64,000 bases of DNA from Camelus ferus (lineage: Eukaryota): assembly GCF_009834535.1 (NCBI RefSeq), contig NC_045696.1:41108001-41172000 (forward strand), in the 5' to 3' direction. The stretch's first letter is position 1, and every line of letters begins with the position of its first letter. A program made the position numbers and the translations under genes. Under the pieces are notes generated by a model. That model saw nothing but the letters and a program-made list of their open reading frames with translations, searched no databases and had not been told where the DNA came from. Positions 26,096 to 39,350 of this stretch are shown here, one piece after another.

Positions 26096-26730
26096 TGATA
26101 TTGGGGAGACATACTTAAAAACAAAATCTTCTCTCAACCCAGAAATGCTCCCTACAAAGACAGTAGAGAAAGAAAACACTGATTGGGTAGGCATTAAACC
26201 ATTAAAGGCATTAAATGTGACACGCATCACAGGCAAACCCCTGAGCGCCTGCAAAGACAGAGAGGAGTCTGATCTCTTTATGTAGCCAAGCAGATGCAAC
26301 TCATTACAAACATGTTCTCAGATAGACAATAACTAGTCCTTAATTAAGAGAGCTTGACAGCTCTACTTATAATACATAGTTTATCCTATGTTAACCTGGT
26401 AATTGAGGTGGCCATTTGTGTTAGCTAATTGACTTTACCAGAGGGAAAACAAACTCTCATATCTTTATGAAAGGAAAGGGGTAGTTTTGCAACTTGGAGC
26501 AAGGTGCCCACCCACCGAAGTTAATTAAGCTCCTACCCTCCTGCGGAAAGTGGGCCATAGGGGCGCTAACTCTCTTGGTGTTTCCATTTCAAAGAGATGG
26601 TTCCCAGGTCCTTGAGAAAGACATTTCTAGGTCAAAAACCTGGCAAAATGCCAGTCTTGTTTTCAAAAGGATTTATTTACATTTCTGGCCTCCAGATTGG
26701 GAGCTCAGAGACAGGCATGCGCCTGTGATC
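26096..26730. mobile_element. ERV1-like LTR relic
   Basis: TG start and MER-class LTR-like blocks; right end uncertain. Confidence 0.5.
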
Positions 26731-28208
26731 TAATCAAGTATGATAAAAGGAGGAAGGAAAAATGGCCTTAGAAGTGACTGTGGCTAGAGCAACCCTTTAA
26801 AAGTGGCAAACACCCCCATATATCTAGCAGGTCTTTAGCCTTCAAGTGTCTGAGGGAGCTCCCCTTAGTATCCTCAGTGTTTCACGGGTACTGACCTCTT
26901 AGTAGGTGCTCAACAGATACTGTTGGTTGAATGAATGCATGAATTGTGTTGTTAGCAGATTGGAGTTTTGTTAGGTATTCCTCCTGTTGAAAGCAGCTCT
27001 AGAGTATGATTGTTATTCATTAAGTGGGAAATACAAAGTATGAATTGCTGAAAATTACAGAAAATGATGTTCTGAAAACCTTTTCAAAGGAAAACCTTTG
27101 AAATAGAGAAGCTGACTTGACTGTTTCCATATGAATTACCATCACATATATGAAGTGATCTTTATTTTAAAATATAGCTCTTTAAAAAAATCTCCCTTGG
27201 GAAAGGAAAAAGATATTTTAGTGGCAGAAATAAAGATTTAGAATAAAGAACAATCACTTTTTTTTTAGTTGTTGAACAGAGCTTTATTATATTTCACATG
27301 AAGCGAAAACCAGGCATAATAATAATCCCAATGTGATGACTCAGTAGCTCTCATTTTCTTCTTGAAAACTATCTGCGCTTTGGGGAGGGAGTAAGATGAG
27401 ATCAGAAAGATTACAAAGGGGGCTTCAATTAGACTGTAACATCTATTTCTTAAAAGAGATGAAGCAAAAAGGCATAATAAAAACCATTACATTTTAATGA
27501 AATTCTTTCATTTCTGGGAAAACTAGATTGAACCAGTTATCATAGAGATATTTTGTTATGTCAAGTACAGAAAGAGTACAATTTTTTTTTATGGGAAACA
27601 AGAAAAAGAAACAGTCTTAGGACTCATCTTTGGAGAACACCAAATTAACAGACCTTGCCCCCAGTCCCTGTCTTCCATCTGATATATCTTTGAACTTATC
27701 CAGAGTAGAAAGTAATGCTATGAAAACCTGCAGCGTAGCTCAGAGCTCTGCTCTCCCATAGTTCCGTATGAACTTACAGGAGATGCTTGGGAACCCAAGG
27801 GGTTTGGGTGAGAGGAGGGAGTTGATGAAGTGGAAATTGAGTCTCACCACTGGAGAAATAAGAATCATATGCCTGGCCAATGGTGGGTGGCAACGTCATC
27901 CTTTTGTGGGAAGAATAGTGTAATAAAGACTATTCCCATTGGGAAATCTGTCATTCTTGAACTCCAGCTTTCTAGCATCTATGTCCAAGGTACCCTTCAG
28001 TGGGGACAGTCCATCAGAACTTAAGAAAAAGGAGCATATAACAAAACAAGACTCTAGAAAAGAAAATCAGTTCTTTTCAGGGGATTGTGCCAATGTTGTT
28101 GTGATTGCACAAGTTCTGTGGTCATGCCTTTCTACTGGAACGTGAAACACACACAACCAGTTTTATGACGGATCTCTAGAATATTTTGTTGTGTTTTATT
28201 CTATGCAG

Positions 28209-28351
28209 GCTTGTTGAGCAAATGGAGATGTATTCCGTGTCTTTGGGAAGCACCACATCAGTGGTGCAACCTAATATAGCAGTGCAATCTGTTAATTTCT
28301 CTTCACAAGGTGCTGCGGGGCCTGCAGGTGTTCTCTTCACTGTGCTGAAAG
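28209..28351 (+). CDS. ADGRG7: ADGRG7 exon 7 (LVEQMEMYSVSLG…VQPNIAVQS…)
   Basis: tgcag acceptor, AAG|gtgagc donor, 143 nt. Confidence 0.93.
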
Positions 28352-28478
28352 GTGAGCTATCTTGTTTCCCATTCCTGTAATAGCAGAGAGCATTCTGCTA
28401 CCAACTGTGAATAAAATGCTCTATTCTAGTGATGAAAATGTAGACTTTTATAAAATTCTACTTTTTTCCTTCTCATAG

Positions 28479-28586
28479 GAACTAGCAATTCTCTGGTTTC
28501 TGGTAACATACTTCTAAATACAAACGTGGACAAACTAAATCTGAATGAACAGACCGAACTTCAGATCTTGCTCAACACCTCGAAAA
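28479..28586 (+). CDS. ADGRG7: ADGRG7 exon 8 (TSNSLVSG…QTELQILLNTSK)
   Basis: catag acceptor, A|gtaggt donor, 108 nt. Confidence 0.92.
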
Positions 28587-29299
28587 GTAGGTCTCAAACT
28601 ATGTGACATTAAGAAATGCACTCAAATTCATGGAGTTAATAACTTAGAATCCATTAAGGGAGAAGTAATGTTCACTTAGTTTCACACTGATTAATTTGTG
28701 GTTGAGTACGTTTGATCTCTGACAAATTATGGTAATCTCACCTCTACTGTTCTAGGACATAGAGATGATTTCTTTGTTTTTTACCCCCTTTCCTTCTTTT
28801 CAAAAACCCTTTGGAGGGTAGCAGAATTGAAATGCTGTGACTGTGTACATAAATCTGTCTTCTAACAAAAATCTAGCTAGTAAAGTGGTTCAGTTTTAAA
28901 CTTCAAAATACCTTAAAAATATGTAGTCACATTTTTGCCCATTTTTACTAGTGGTATGGTACTCGCAGGCTCAAATTTACCCTATAGATCTGTCCTTGGG
29001 ATATTTTATATAATTGGCACAGTCATCATCTAGCAGTACCAATTTTCAGTTCTCTCCCCTAGTCTGGTGTCCACCATGAGCTCCTAGTCATCTTGCATAT
29101 GGCCCTTCGGAAATTCTTATGTCTAACTTGAAATGTTTGTGCTTTTCAGAGTCTAAAAAAAATTGACTAATTAATTTGACTGTAATAAAACCAAACCCAT
29201 ACATTTACTTTTATTCTCTCCCCAAATAAAAATATCCAATGCTAGAAAGTACATATTTTAGAGAGACTAAATTTAAAATTCTCATTGGTTATATATTCT

Positions 29300-30640
29300 A
29301 ATTGGTTAGTGATTCCTTATTGGTTATGTAAGTTGCAGATATCTTCCCTCCAGTGTATAGCTGTTGTTTGCTTGGTGTTTCATATGTTTTGTCGTGCTCA
29401 AGTTTTAATTTATAATGCAGTCCAGGTATCGATCTTTTCATCTATAATTGGTACTTAAAAAACATTCTTTGCTATACTAAAGTCACAATAATAGTCTCTT
29501 ATATTTTCTTCTGAAAGCTTTTAGTGTTTGTGTTTACATTTAGGTCTTCAGTTCACCTAAAATTTATGTTTGTGTTTGATGAAAGATAGGGATTTAATTT
29601 TTTGTTTTATATAAACTATTAATATAGTCAAATAGGTTAAAGTAACACTGTTGAGAGACAAAGACTCAGAGTAGATGGAAAGGAACATGTTTTTATGTTG
29701 AGTTTAAAAAGCCTCCAAAATTATCTATACTCTAATTCTTTCTTCCCCTAAAAAGACACTATTGAAATGCATAAGCAACAATTATTGGAAATACAGGGGT
29801 TTGCTGACCAAACCAGTATTATAGGGAAAGAGTTTAATGCAGCTATACCAGAAATTGAAGATCAAGTAGACAAAAAAAAAATAAAATACTAAACTTGACC
29901 TTTATATATGTGTGTGTGTGTGTGTAATTTTGTTTGTAGACAGACAATAGATAATAAAAATAATTTTCAAATATCCATGGAGTGCTTCAAAAACTGACCA
30001 TTTAATAGGCCACATAGAAAAACTTATATGTTTTCTAAAATAAAAGTTACACAGGACATAGTTCATGACCATAATGCAATAAAACTAGAAGTGTACCACA
30101 AAAGAATAGCCAAAATGTTATCCAGTTACAAATTTTAAAACACCATTGTTAGAAAGGAAATTAAAGTGCAGAGTACAAATTACTTGAAAATTACTTACAG
30201 TGAGAACTCCATAGGTCAAAACCAATGTAGGCAAAGATGTATTTAAAGGAAAATGTATGCTCTGTGATAAGTTTATTAGATAATAAAAGAAAATGTTAAA
30301 AAATAATCACTCAGCTAAAGAAGCATAAAAGATAAGATAAATGTAAAGAAATCCAGAGGGAAGGAGTTAATAAATAACAAGGCAGAAATTAATAAAAATA
30401 GAAATTAACAAATGCTGGGCTTTATCAACAAAATAACAAATTGATTCCATGAAAAGACTGTGAAATAGACAAGCTTCTGACAAATTTGATCAAGAAAAGA
30501 GAGAGAACATATATAAATATCATAGAAGGTTATATCTAGAAATAATAGAGTTTTAAAAATTACAAGATAACAGTAAATATAATTTAGTCTAATGAATCTG
30601 ATTATCTAGATGAAATGATGAGTTTCTAATAAATGACCGA
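29300..30640. mobile_element. Old L1 ORF2 remnants (antisense ~29.3-29.6 kb, sense ~29.65-30.65 kb)
   Basis: gaccataatgcaataaaactagaa and aaatagacaagcttctgacaaatttgatcaagaaaa resemble ORF2. Confidence 0.6.
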
Positions 30641-31881
30641 AATACTGGAGGAATGAGGAGAGGGGTGGGTATGGAATTTCATTTTTCAAATCTATATACT
30701 TGCATAGTTTGGAATTTTACATTAAGCATGTCATTCTTTTATAAAAATAAGATTAAAAAGAAGTCTTCCTGCATTTTTAGGGGTAACTTTGTCACCTAGT
30801 ATCCAAGAGGAGCAGTGTGGTGAGTTCAGTGTGCCTTGAAAACACCCCAGAAACCAACATCCTTATTTCCCATAGAGGACAGAGCAGAGTGGCTGGCTGT
30901 GGAGGACGTTTTGGGGGCTGTCAGGGCCTTGCCCGCCAGTCCTTCAGACCACAAGACTGATTAGGCGATCTCACCACCTCTGTATTAGTTTCCCTTATAT
31001 CGCTTATAAGAAACAACAGAATTTAGGGAATTAATTCAGCTAAAGTGTATATTTATTGTTGTTGCTTCTGTAATCTTAAATATGGACAAGAGTTGTATCA
31101 AGTGTCAGGAGGCGTTCCTTAGGTGGTTCTGTTTGACCGTTGCCATCGGCAGCCTGACTGCAAAGCCCTGTGCTGCAGCCACGCTCTTCTGGGATCTCTT
31201 TGAGGAACAGCTGACTACTTTTTCCAATGTCCTGAAGAAATGTTTCACAGTAATCTTCCATCCTTGGGAAAAGCCAATGATTGTCATGAAGTATTGGAGA
31301 CCAGTAGTTCATGAGATGATGAAAGGTTTCTGGCTCCACGGAAGGAGTCCCTGATATGCGCAACATGAGCTCTGGCTCTGTGCCTTAGTAGACTGGTCCC
31401 CACTCAGTCCCTTTGGGTAGGAGGCAGACCTCACAGAGCAATTCTCTAGACACAGCTGTGCTGATGTTCACCCTTTGCTGTTTCTTGTTCTGTGTCTTGC
31501 CAGTGGGTGAAACAACGTGGCTCGAGCTACCTGTACATTGTGTTCACTCTGTCTTACTGCATAGAAAGCAAGAATGTTTACCTTATACGTGAGAGCCTTC
31601 CAATATTTTTTTGAGGTTGTTAGGCAGGAATTGTGGTTCCCATTTAGAACAGAAGAAATCTTAACATCAGGGAAAAAAAATTAATGTGGGTCGAATGGCC
31701 AAGCACAGATTATATATGCTAATTGCATACTGTAATTAAGCAAAGGCAGCTAGCAAACCATTTTTTCTGTACTTCACTCAAATATTAAGCAGTCATGTAG
31801 TTCAATTATGGCTTGGGGCTTTGTTTCTTACTTACCCTAGAGTTCATTTATTGATTTTAGTGTCTTTTTTCCCCCTCACAG

Positions 31882-32045
31882 CTAATGCCAAGGCATGTGG
31901 CTTTGTAGTGTATCAAAACAACAAACTCTTCCAATCAAAAACTTTTATAACTAAATCAAATTTTAGTCAAAAAATTATCTCAAGCAAAACTGATGAAGAC
32001 GTGGAAGATCAGAGTGCTTCTGTTGAAATGGTCTTCAGTCCAAGG
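31882..32045 (+). CDS. ADGRG7: ADGRG7 exon 9 (GAIN; CGFVVYQNNKLFQSK…SVEMVFSPR)
   Basis: cacag acceptor, AGG|gtgagt donor, 164 nt. Confidence 0.95.
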
Positions 32046-32383
32046 GTGAGTTTTCCCATTAACAAAAATAAAAAAATTCAGCCCACTCTTGATTACAGAA
32101 GCAGGGATAGTGTGGACAAAAGAAATCCACAGGACGGCTCTTTGAAAGATTATTTGACATTATTCACTTAAATTTTCCCCCATCCATATTTTTGTCAGAT
32201 TAGCTAAATGCAAAACTAACTAATTTGAATTTTATATCCTTTTCCCTCTCCCTAATCTATAATGAAGATGCTATGCTTTGTACATATTCAGTTGATATCT
32301 CATATGCTTGTCTTAGCCTATTTAATTTTTCCTACAGTTAAGCATTTTGAAAAATCAGTTGCAATTGTCTTATCAATTCACAG

Positions 32384-32539
32384 TACAACCAAACAGAATT
32401 CCAGCTTCATTCCTATGCCTGCGTCTATTGGAATTTTTCCATGAAGGATTGGGATACATATGGCTGTCACAAAGAAGGAGTCACTGACGGGTTCCTGCAC
32501 TGCCGCTGCAGCCACACTACTAATTTTGCTGTATTAATG
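32384..32539 (+). CDS. ADGRG7: ADGRG7 exon 10 (GPS motif CVYWN…WDTYGC…CRCSHTTNFAVLM)
   Basis: cacag acceptor, ATG|gtaagg donor, 156 nt; GPS Cys/Trp pattern. Confidence 0.96.
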
Positions 32540-33744
32540 GTAAGGGTGTGTCTCTTCCCGGACAAGAATTTTCCTTGTACACAGTTCTGGTATGTGCTGA
32601 CTGGAGATTATTTGGGGGTTAGTTTACGTAGATACTCAACTCAGATTAAATGGAAAAACAGGGAATGGAGTTACAGGACTAAAAAGGGAAGTGTTGGTAA
32701 AGGCAAGTAGAATAGAATTTTTTGCAGTATGGTCTCTGGATGGATGCTTTTAGTACAGTGTACTTAAGAATGAGAAGGGAGCCCATGTGCAGAAGAGGAG
32801 TTGACAGACCCATTCAGTTACATTACCGCACATGTCTGAAGCACGAAGGTGCTACAGCCAGAGGTGAGGCTGTGTAGCTGTGAGCTGAGGACAGGTCTAG
32901 TATGTACTTAACAATGGGTGGGTACTTTAAATCAGTTACCTGAAGCTTTTTCCACTGTAATCATTTAAATTGCTAAATTTACGGTATAAGATAGAAGAGG
33001 AAAAGCTCTTTAATTCCACTTGTCCCATAGTTCCTCTGTGTGTTCCTTGTAACTCTGATGCTACCCTGTACAACTGATAGTAGTCAGCTCTGGTGTGCAG
33101 CTGTTTATACGCCTCAGAGTTCTTGGACTGACCCTGTTTGTTCTCCAGAAAGTATTATTCTGGTGAAAACAAAAACGTTAGTTTATATCCTGGATGGAAT
33201 GTTTTTATGTGCAGTGGAATGGGGAGGGATGTCGAGTGCCTTATCCTTTCGAAGGGGCCGGTAACGCTATGAATCTTGCAAAGTGAAGCAGATGTTTTCT
33301 TTTCCCAGTAGCTAAGATGTACCTATATTTGGGAAGCCAGTGGGGAGCAGATTATAGAAACATGCTTTTAATATGTTTTTGAGATAACTATAGTTTCTTA
33401 TTTTAATTACCAAATATTTTAAAATTGATTTTAATTATTCATTTTCTAACTTGTACTATAGTGAGATCTGCTTTCACACTCAGAAAATAGTAAAGATAAA
33501 ATTTTAAATTTTTTGATGTCTTAAGATCATTAGTATCATCGAATAGCTGTGAAAAGCTCAGATTGCTTTACATAGTAAATGATACAGACTCTGTTGTCAT
33601 AGTTATCTTTCTCCTTTTTTGAGGTCAGACTTTCAACTATTCTTACCAATATCTGAATCTACTTCAGTGCCTACCTACTCATGCTTGTAATTAGTTTTGT
33701 GATGCAAAATTTTAAAAAGTCTGATTAGGATTATATGTATTTAC

Positions 33745-33892
33745 TTTTTTTTTTTTTTTTAACTTTATTACATTTTGCGGTGGGGAGGTAATTAGGTTTA
33801 TTTACTTACTCTTTAATGGAGGTGCTGAGGATTGAACCCAGGACCTCATGCATGCTAAGCACGCCCTCTACCACTGAACTGTACCCTGCCCC
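33745..33892 (-). mobile_element. tRNA-derived SINE (Vic-1-like)
   Basis: Reverse complement of the 34961 copy, with polyT tail. Confidence 0.85.
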
Positions 33893-34960
33893 AGAATTAA
33901 ATGTAAAGTAAGAGCAGATTGAGGCTGAGTGAATAGATGATTTCTAAGATCTGAAGATTTATGTATTCTGTGATTCTTTGTCATCTGCTTAGCATACTGC
34001 ACATAAGAAGTAACATGAAATTTTTGTTTTATTATTTTTTAAATGAAGTTTATTTTTCTTTTTTTTCTACAAAGAAATACATACTTATTGCATGTAGAAT
34101 GAAAGTCTACTTACTAAACAGAAATATACTGATATGGGAAAATGTGTATGATATCTTAAATTAAAATAGCAATTTGAGAATAATCCTGTTATGTTAACAA
34201 ACTTCTGTATATTTGCGCAAGAGACATAGATAATATTTATGAGTACCTAAAAAAAGATCACCTCTGGAGAAGAGAGGATTTCAAGAGGAAGACTGGGGGA
34301 TACTGGCAGTCAAGGGGAATGTGCACTTTAAAAAAATTATGTCTTATATTACTTTCATGTTTTATGAATAAGCATATACAGCTTTTTAAATTTTTAACAA
34401 TTTAAAACATTAGAGAGTACAGATAAGCAAAAATAATTATGTTCCTACATCCTACCCACCCAGGGACCACTGTATTGCTTCTTCCGATTTCTAAGAGTAC
34501 ATCCTCACATGGAGTATACTTTCCTGTGAATATAACTAAAATATTGGCATAATATAGATATATTACATAAAAGTTAGACCTCCTTTTCCAAAAAAATGAA
34601 CAGGATTATGTGAAAACATCTTTCTATGTCCATAAAAGTATTTCTGCAACTTTATTTTTAGTGCATTAGCTTAGCTATCCAGATTTCCCCCTGGAGTATA
34701 GTTAAACATAAAGATAATGTAATGGGTAAATAAAGCAACTCTAGCCAACTTAGATCTAATGCAAACAACTTTGGTTTTAGACATCGACGAATAGTACATA
34801 TGTTTTCCCAGACTGAATTAGATAGATAACTGTTCTCAAGCCTCTATTTCATGTAAACTGCTTGGAGATAAGGGGTTAATTTATTTCCTTTTAAAATATA
34901 TCACAGCTTTATATAAAAAAGACATATCTAGCTATTTTGACCAATAAATCTGGTTATTTG

Positions 34961-35115
34961 GAGGGGGAGGTATAGCTCAAATGGTAGAGCACATGCTTAG
35001 TAAGCATGAGGTCCTGGGTTCAATCCCCAGTACCTCCTCTAAAAATAATAAATAAATCTAATTACCTCCCCTAACTAAAAAAAAAAAAAAAAAAAAAACC
35101 CTAAAATTAAAAAAA
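34961..35115 (+). mobile_element. tRNA-Ala-like SINE (Vic-1-like), ~100 bp upstream of exon 11
   Basis: A box tagctcaaatgg, B box ggttcaatcc, A-tail; TSD aaatctgg(t/c)tatttg at 34946-34960 and 35116-35130. Confidence 0.9.
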
Positions 35116-35217
35116 AAATCTGGCTATTTGAAACAATGTGTCTCTTCACGATGTTGACTTTCATAGACATTTCAGGAATGGTTATTTAAAAATAATGAGT
35201 CTTAACTTATTTTCCAG

Positions 35218-35330
35218 AGTTTCAAAAAAGACTATAAATATCCTAAATCGCTAGACGTGTTTTCCACTATTGGATGTGCGCTGTCCACTGCTGGTCTGGT
35301 TCTCACAGTTCTATTTCAGGTTGTCACCAG
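35218..35330 (+). CDS. ADGRG7: ADGRG7 exon 11 (TM1)
   Basis: tccag acceptor, CAG|gtaaga donor, 113 nt; SFKKDYKYPKSLDVFSTIGCALS. Confidence 0.95.
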
Positions 35331-36224
35331 GTAAGAAGGGAAGCAGGCTCTTCTCGTGAGAGAAATTGCTATCCTGATATTACCTCCTCTGAGCATATTC
35401 TCACCAGAATACAGTCCTTGGAACCTAGAAGAGAAATCAGATCTGGTTCAACACACTCATTTTGTAGGACACTGTGTCCTGGAGAGGCTAAGAAATACGT
35501 ACAAATAAACATATAATTACAAACTGTGGTTAAGTACCTTGAAGAAGAGTTACATACCATGTAATTACAAGTTTGTCAGATGAAATTAATATGGTCCCCT
35601 AGCTCATTAATGCCACGGTTCCTTAGTATTGAATAGAAACATAACTACCAATTTACAGCTATGAAAGAAAGAAGCATTGCTAAACAGCAAGTTTTTGTAA
35701 ATAAAAGTAAATTTTAAAGTATATTAAGTTTTCAAGTGGTGGAACTTTTGAAAGGTTTGAATTACACAGTTTAAAAAAATCTAATTTAATAAATTACCTA
35801 TACACACAGATTTCTTTCCACCTTGACCCCTTCAGTCAAGGCCCAATTTTGTGCAGCACTCGTTATTTTTTATCACATGCTACATGTTTAACAATCTGTA
35901 AATGTGAGCTTGTTCATTTGTTAGCTTGCCTACTGCTTTCCCCATAAGGATACACTGATGATGAAAGTGACCGCCTCTGATTTTGTTGTTGCTGTTGTTG
36001 CTTGTCCTGTTTTGTTTTCATAACTCCATCCCCAGGGTGGAGCACAATCCCTGGCCCAGCACAGAAGAGTACCCATGGAGTAAATGGGTCTGTTGCTCAT
36101 TCCCCCCTGGTTCTCGTCTCAAACTCAAGGTGTCTCGCGATGAATTCATCTTTCCTTCAGAATTACTTCTCCCTACTGAATTCCTTCACCACTGCTTTCT
36201 CAGATGTGTAGATTCAGGAATTTT

Positions 36225-37590
36225 TTGTTTTAAAGGTTTTTCCTGAAGTTTTATTTACAAAAATTAAAAATCTACAGAAAATTTGAAAGAGAATGCTGAA
36301 TACCCATATATCCTTCACCTCGATTCACCAATTATTAGTATTTTGTTTCTCTCTTTTTCTGCTTTTTCCCTGAAATTTTGAAAGTAAGTTGTAAATATCA
36401 TGACTGTCATCTCTAAATTCTTAAAAAAAATTTTTTTTTCCTTTTTAGGGGTGGTAATTAGGTTTATTTATTTATTTATTTTTAAATGCAGATACTATGT
36501 GTTGAACCCAAGACCTTGTGCGTGCTAAGCAGTCACTCTACCACTGAGTTATACCCTCCCCCCAGACTATTTTTTTTTTTATATTTTTTGTTGGGGGAGG
36601 TAATTAGTTTTTTTTTTTAATGGAGGAACTAGGGCTTGAACCCAGAAACTGGTGCATGCTAGGCACTCACTCTACCACTGAGCTATACCCTCCCCTCTAA
36701 ATTCTTTAAGCATGTATGTATCTCCTAAGAACAATGGCACCCCTACATAGTAGAAGATTATTATCCTCACTCAGAAAATTTAACTCAAGATTTAACATTA
36801 ATGTAATGTTATTGTGTTAATAACCATATTTAGATTTCTCTAGTTGTACGGTAATGTCCATTATAGCTGGTTTTTCTTCCCCCCCCCTCAGTTTATTTAG
36901 CTATCATCTCTCTTTAGTCTCCTTTAGCCAGAATAATTCCTCTGCTTTTTTTATTTGTTTGTTTTGGCCATTCATGATATTCAAATATTTGAAGTGTTCA
37001 GGTTAGTTACTTTATAGAAGGTAGAATATTTTACGATGTAAAATTTGTCTGAAATTTTCCTAATTAGATACAGGTTAAATATTTTTGGTGAGAATTCTAA
37101 TCATTATTAAGTCTTTTTACTATGACACAGCAGGAAGTGCATGAGGTCAGTTTGTCCCATTACTGGTGTGTTAAGTTTGCATCCTTGTTTAAAGTAGCGT
37201 CTGCCAGATTTCTACACTGTGAAGTCTCACTTTTTTCCCTTTGTAAATAATAGGTAATCCATGAGGTGGTTCTTTAAGACTGTGTCAGTATCCTGTTCCC
37301 CAGCTTTTACTCAGTGGTTTCCATATTCACTGATGTTCCTTACTAGAATATGTTATTACACTCGTGGTTGCACGATGATGTTCTAATCTGTCATTCTTTC
37401 TATATCTAGTCACTGAATTCCTGCGTCAAGAAGTGTACTCTCTCTCTCCAAGCCAGAGGGAGCCCTTCACGTTGTTCTGTCATGTCCCTGTCAGTCTAGA
37501 AGCATTTTCTTATTTCAGGCACAGCAAGATGATCCAGCACATCTGTCAGTTTCTCTGCCCCGTATTTAGCATTAGCCATTTGTCCAAAGA
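36225..37590 (-). mobile_element. Old L1 3'UTR (L1MC/ME-like) containing two SINEs
   Basis: tacagaaaatttgaaag…cccatatatccttcacctcgattcaccaatt L1M 3'-end pattern. Confidence 0.65.
36423..36694 (-). mobile_element. Two tandem Vic-1-like SINEs
   Basis: Heads near 36563 and 36694; outer TSD ctctaaattctt at 36411-36422 and 36695-36706. Confidence 0.85.
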
Positions 37591-38404
37591 GCAAGAATTA
37601 TTTCTGATTCTCTTCATTACCTTTCACACTTAATGAGTCTCTTGCCACTCATTTAAAGTTTTTATATTGAGGGCTTACTGTGTGCCAAACAACATGTGAG
37701 GAGCTGAACGCAAAACTGTGAACAAGACAGATAAACTCCCATCTCCTATGGAATTTACATTCTCAGAAGGGAAGACAGACATTGTACAAATATATATGGA
37801 AATAAGTATGTAGTTGCAAATTGTGGTGAGTGCCTGGAAGGAAAATTACATGCCATATAATTACAAGTCTGCCGTGTAAAATGAAATGGCTCTTGTATCT
37901 GTCTTTCATTTGAAAAGACACTTGAACGGATGATTATTTGGTCTCATGTGAATAAGTTGTGGAAGCTGCATCACTAGTTTCTTTGCCTCAAATCTCACTC
38001 CTTCCAACTGTCATCATATTTTTTTTGCATCCTCTGTCAGTATGTTTTTAGCACAGCTTTGCTGCCATAGATAATGTATATAATTATACATATAATATAT
38101 GTTATATATTTCTGTGCATATAATAAAAATGCACAGACTATAGTAATATACAGAAGACCCACTTGAAAATAGCCTGTCTGAAATTAGCCTCTCTGTGGAT
38201 TATAATTTATGTTCAAAATTGGAGAAAAATTAGAAACTAACTTTACTTATATATAAACGGATTCTTCTGAATATTTTTTGCAGTTCTGATCATTCAACTT
38301 TTCAAAAGACTTAATGAAATTTTGAATTATCCAGAAAATCTCAACTGAAATATCAAGAAGGATAGAGTTCTGTTTTAATATAAGATCTTAAAAAATTAAA
38401 AAAA

Positions 38405-38530
38405 AATTTTTTTAATTAATTATTTGGGGGGGAGGTAATTAGGGTTTGTTTTTTTATTTTTAACAGAGGTACTAGGGATTAAACCCAGGATCTCCTGCGT
38501 GCTAAGCAGGCACTCTACCACTAAGCTATA
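38405..38530 (-). mobile_element. tRNA-derived SINE (Vic-1-like)
   Basis: ggggaggtaattagg…aacccagga…gctaagcaggcactctaccact. Confidence 0.8.
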
Positions 38531-39350
38531 AGCTTTTTATTCAGTGTGGAAATCCAAAGACTGAGAAAGGTCATGGTATAAAATCATAAAGGCTATATAA
38601 TTTTAGCAAACAGACTTGTTCATCAAGTTCTGAGACATGAGAAAATAGACAAGTACTTGAAGATGTTAGAACTTTAAGCACAGTAATAGGGAAAATAGAT
38701 ACTCCAAGATTCCTTGAAGTCTGAAAAATCCAGAAGGATCTAGATGGTAGTGAATGGAAATTTTATAACTTCCTTTATTACAGGACTGTATACCATAATA
38801 TACAGAGAATTGTGACATGTCATGAGTTTAAAGAGTGGATTCTACACCCAGAAATTGTTATCTCCAGATGAATGAACAGTCCTTGGGTATGTTTTACATT
38901 AGAAGACCTTGTTGTGGGCCATAGAAGTACAAACATACGGTGGATGCTAAACACTGCTGTGTCTGCTGGCCCTGGCTGTCAGGCCTTCTGCTGCATTCTG
39001 TTAGTTACATCAAGTCACAGGCCAGCCCTGGGAGGGGGCTACACAGGACATAAATACCGGGAAGTGGAGTTCACAGAGGGTCATCTCTGGAGAGCAGCTA
39101 TCACCTTTGATTAGAACACACTTTCAAGAAAGGAGATATCAACCTACTTTCTCTAACTCACTTTTTTGTGGAAATCAGAGAAGAGGGGAGTATGCATCTC
39201 TGAGTAGGTTTACCAGTTGGCCCACTGGGCTATGAGTTGGATTTACATTGGATAAAATTCTTTTGCTCCCTCGCTATTTCAATAGAGTTATTTTCTTTTT
39301 TGCAATTGTTTTGTTTATTCATTTAATTGTATTTGCTTATTTATTTTCAG

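Noticed and set aside
34961..35040. tRNA-Ala gene
   Set aside because: Has an A-tail, TSDs and several diverged copies nearby, so it is a SINE
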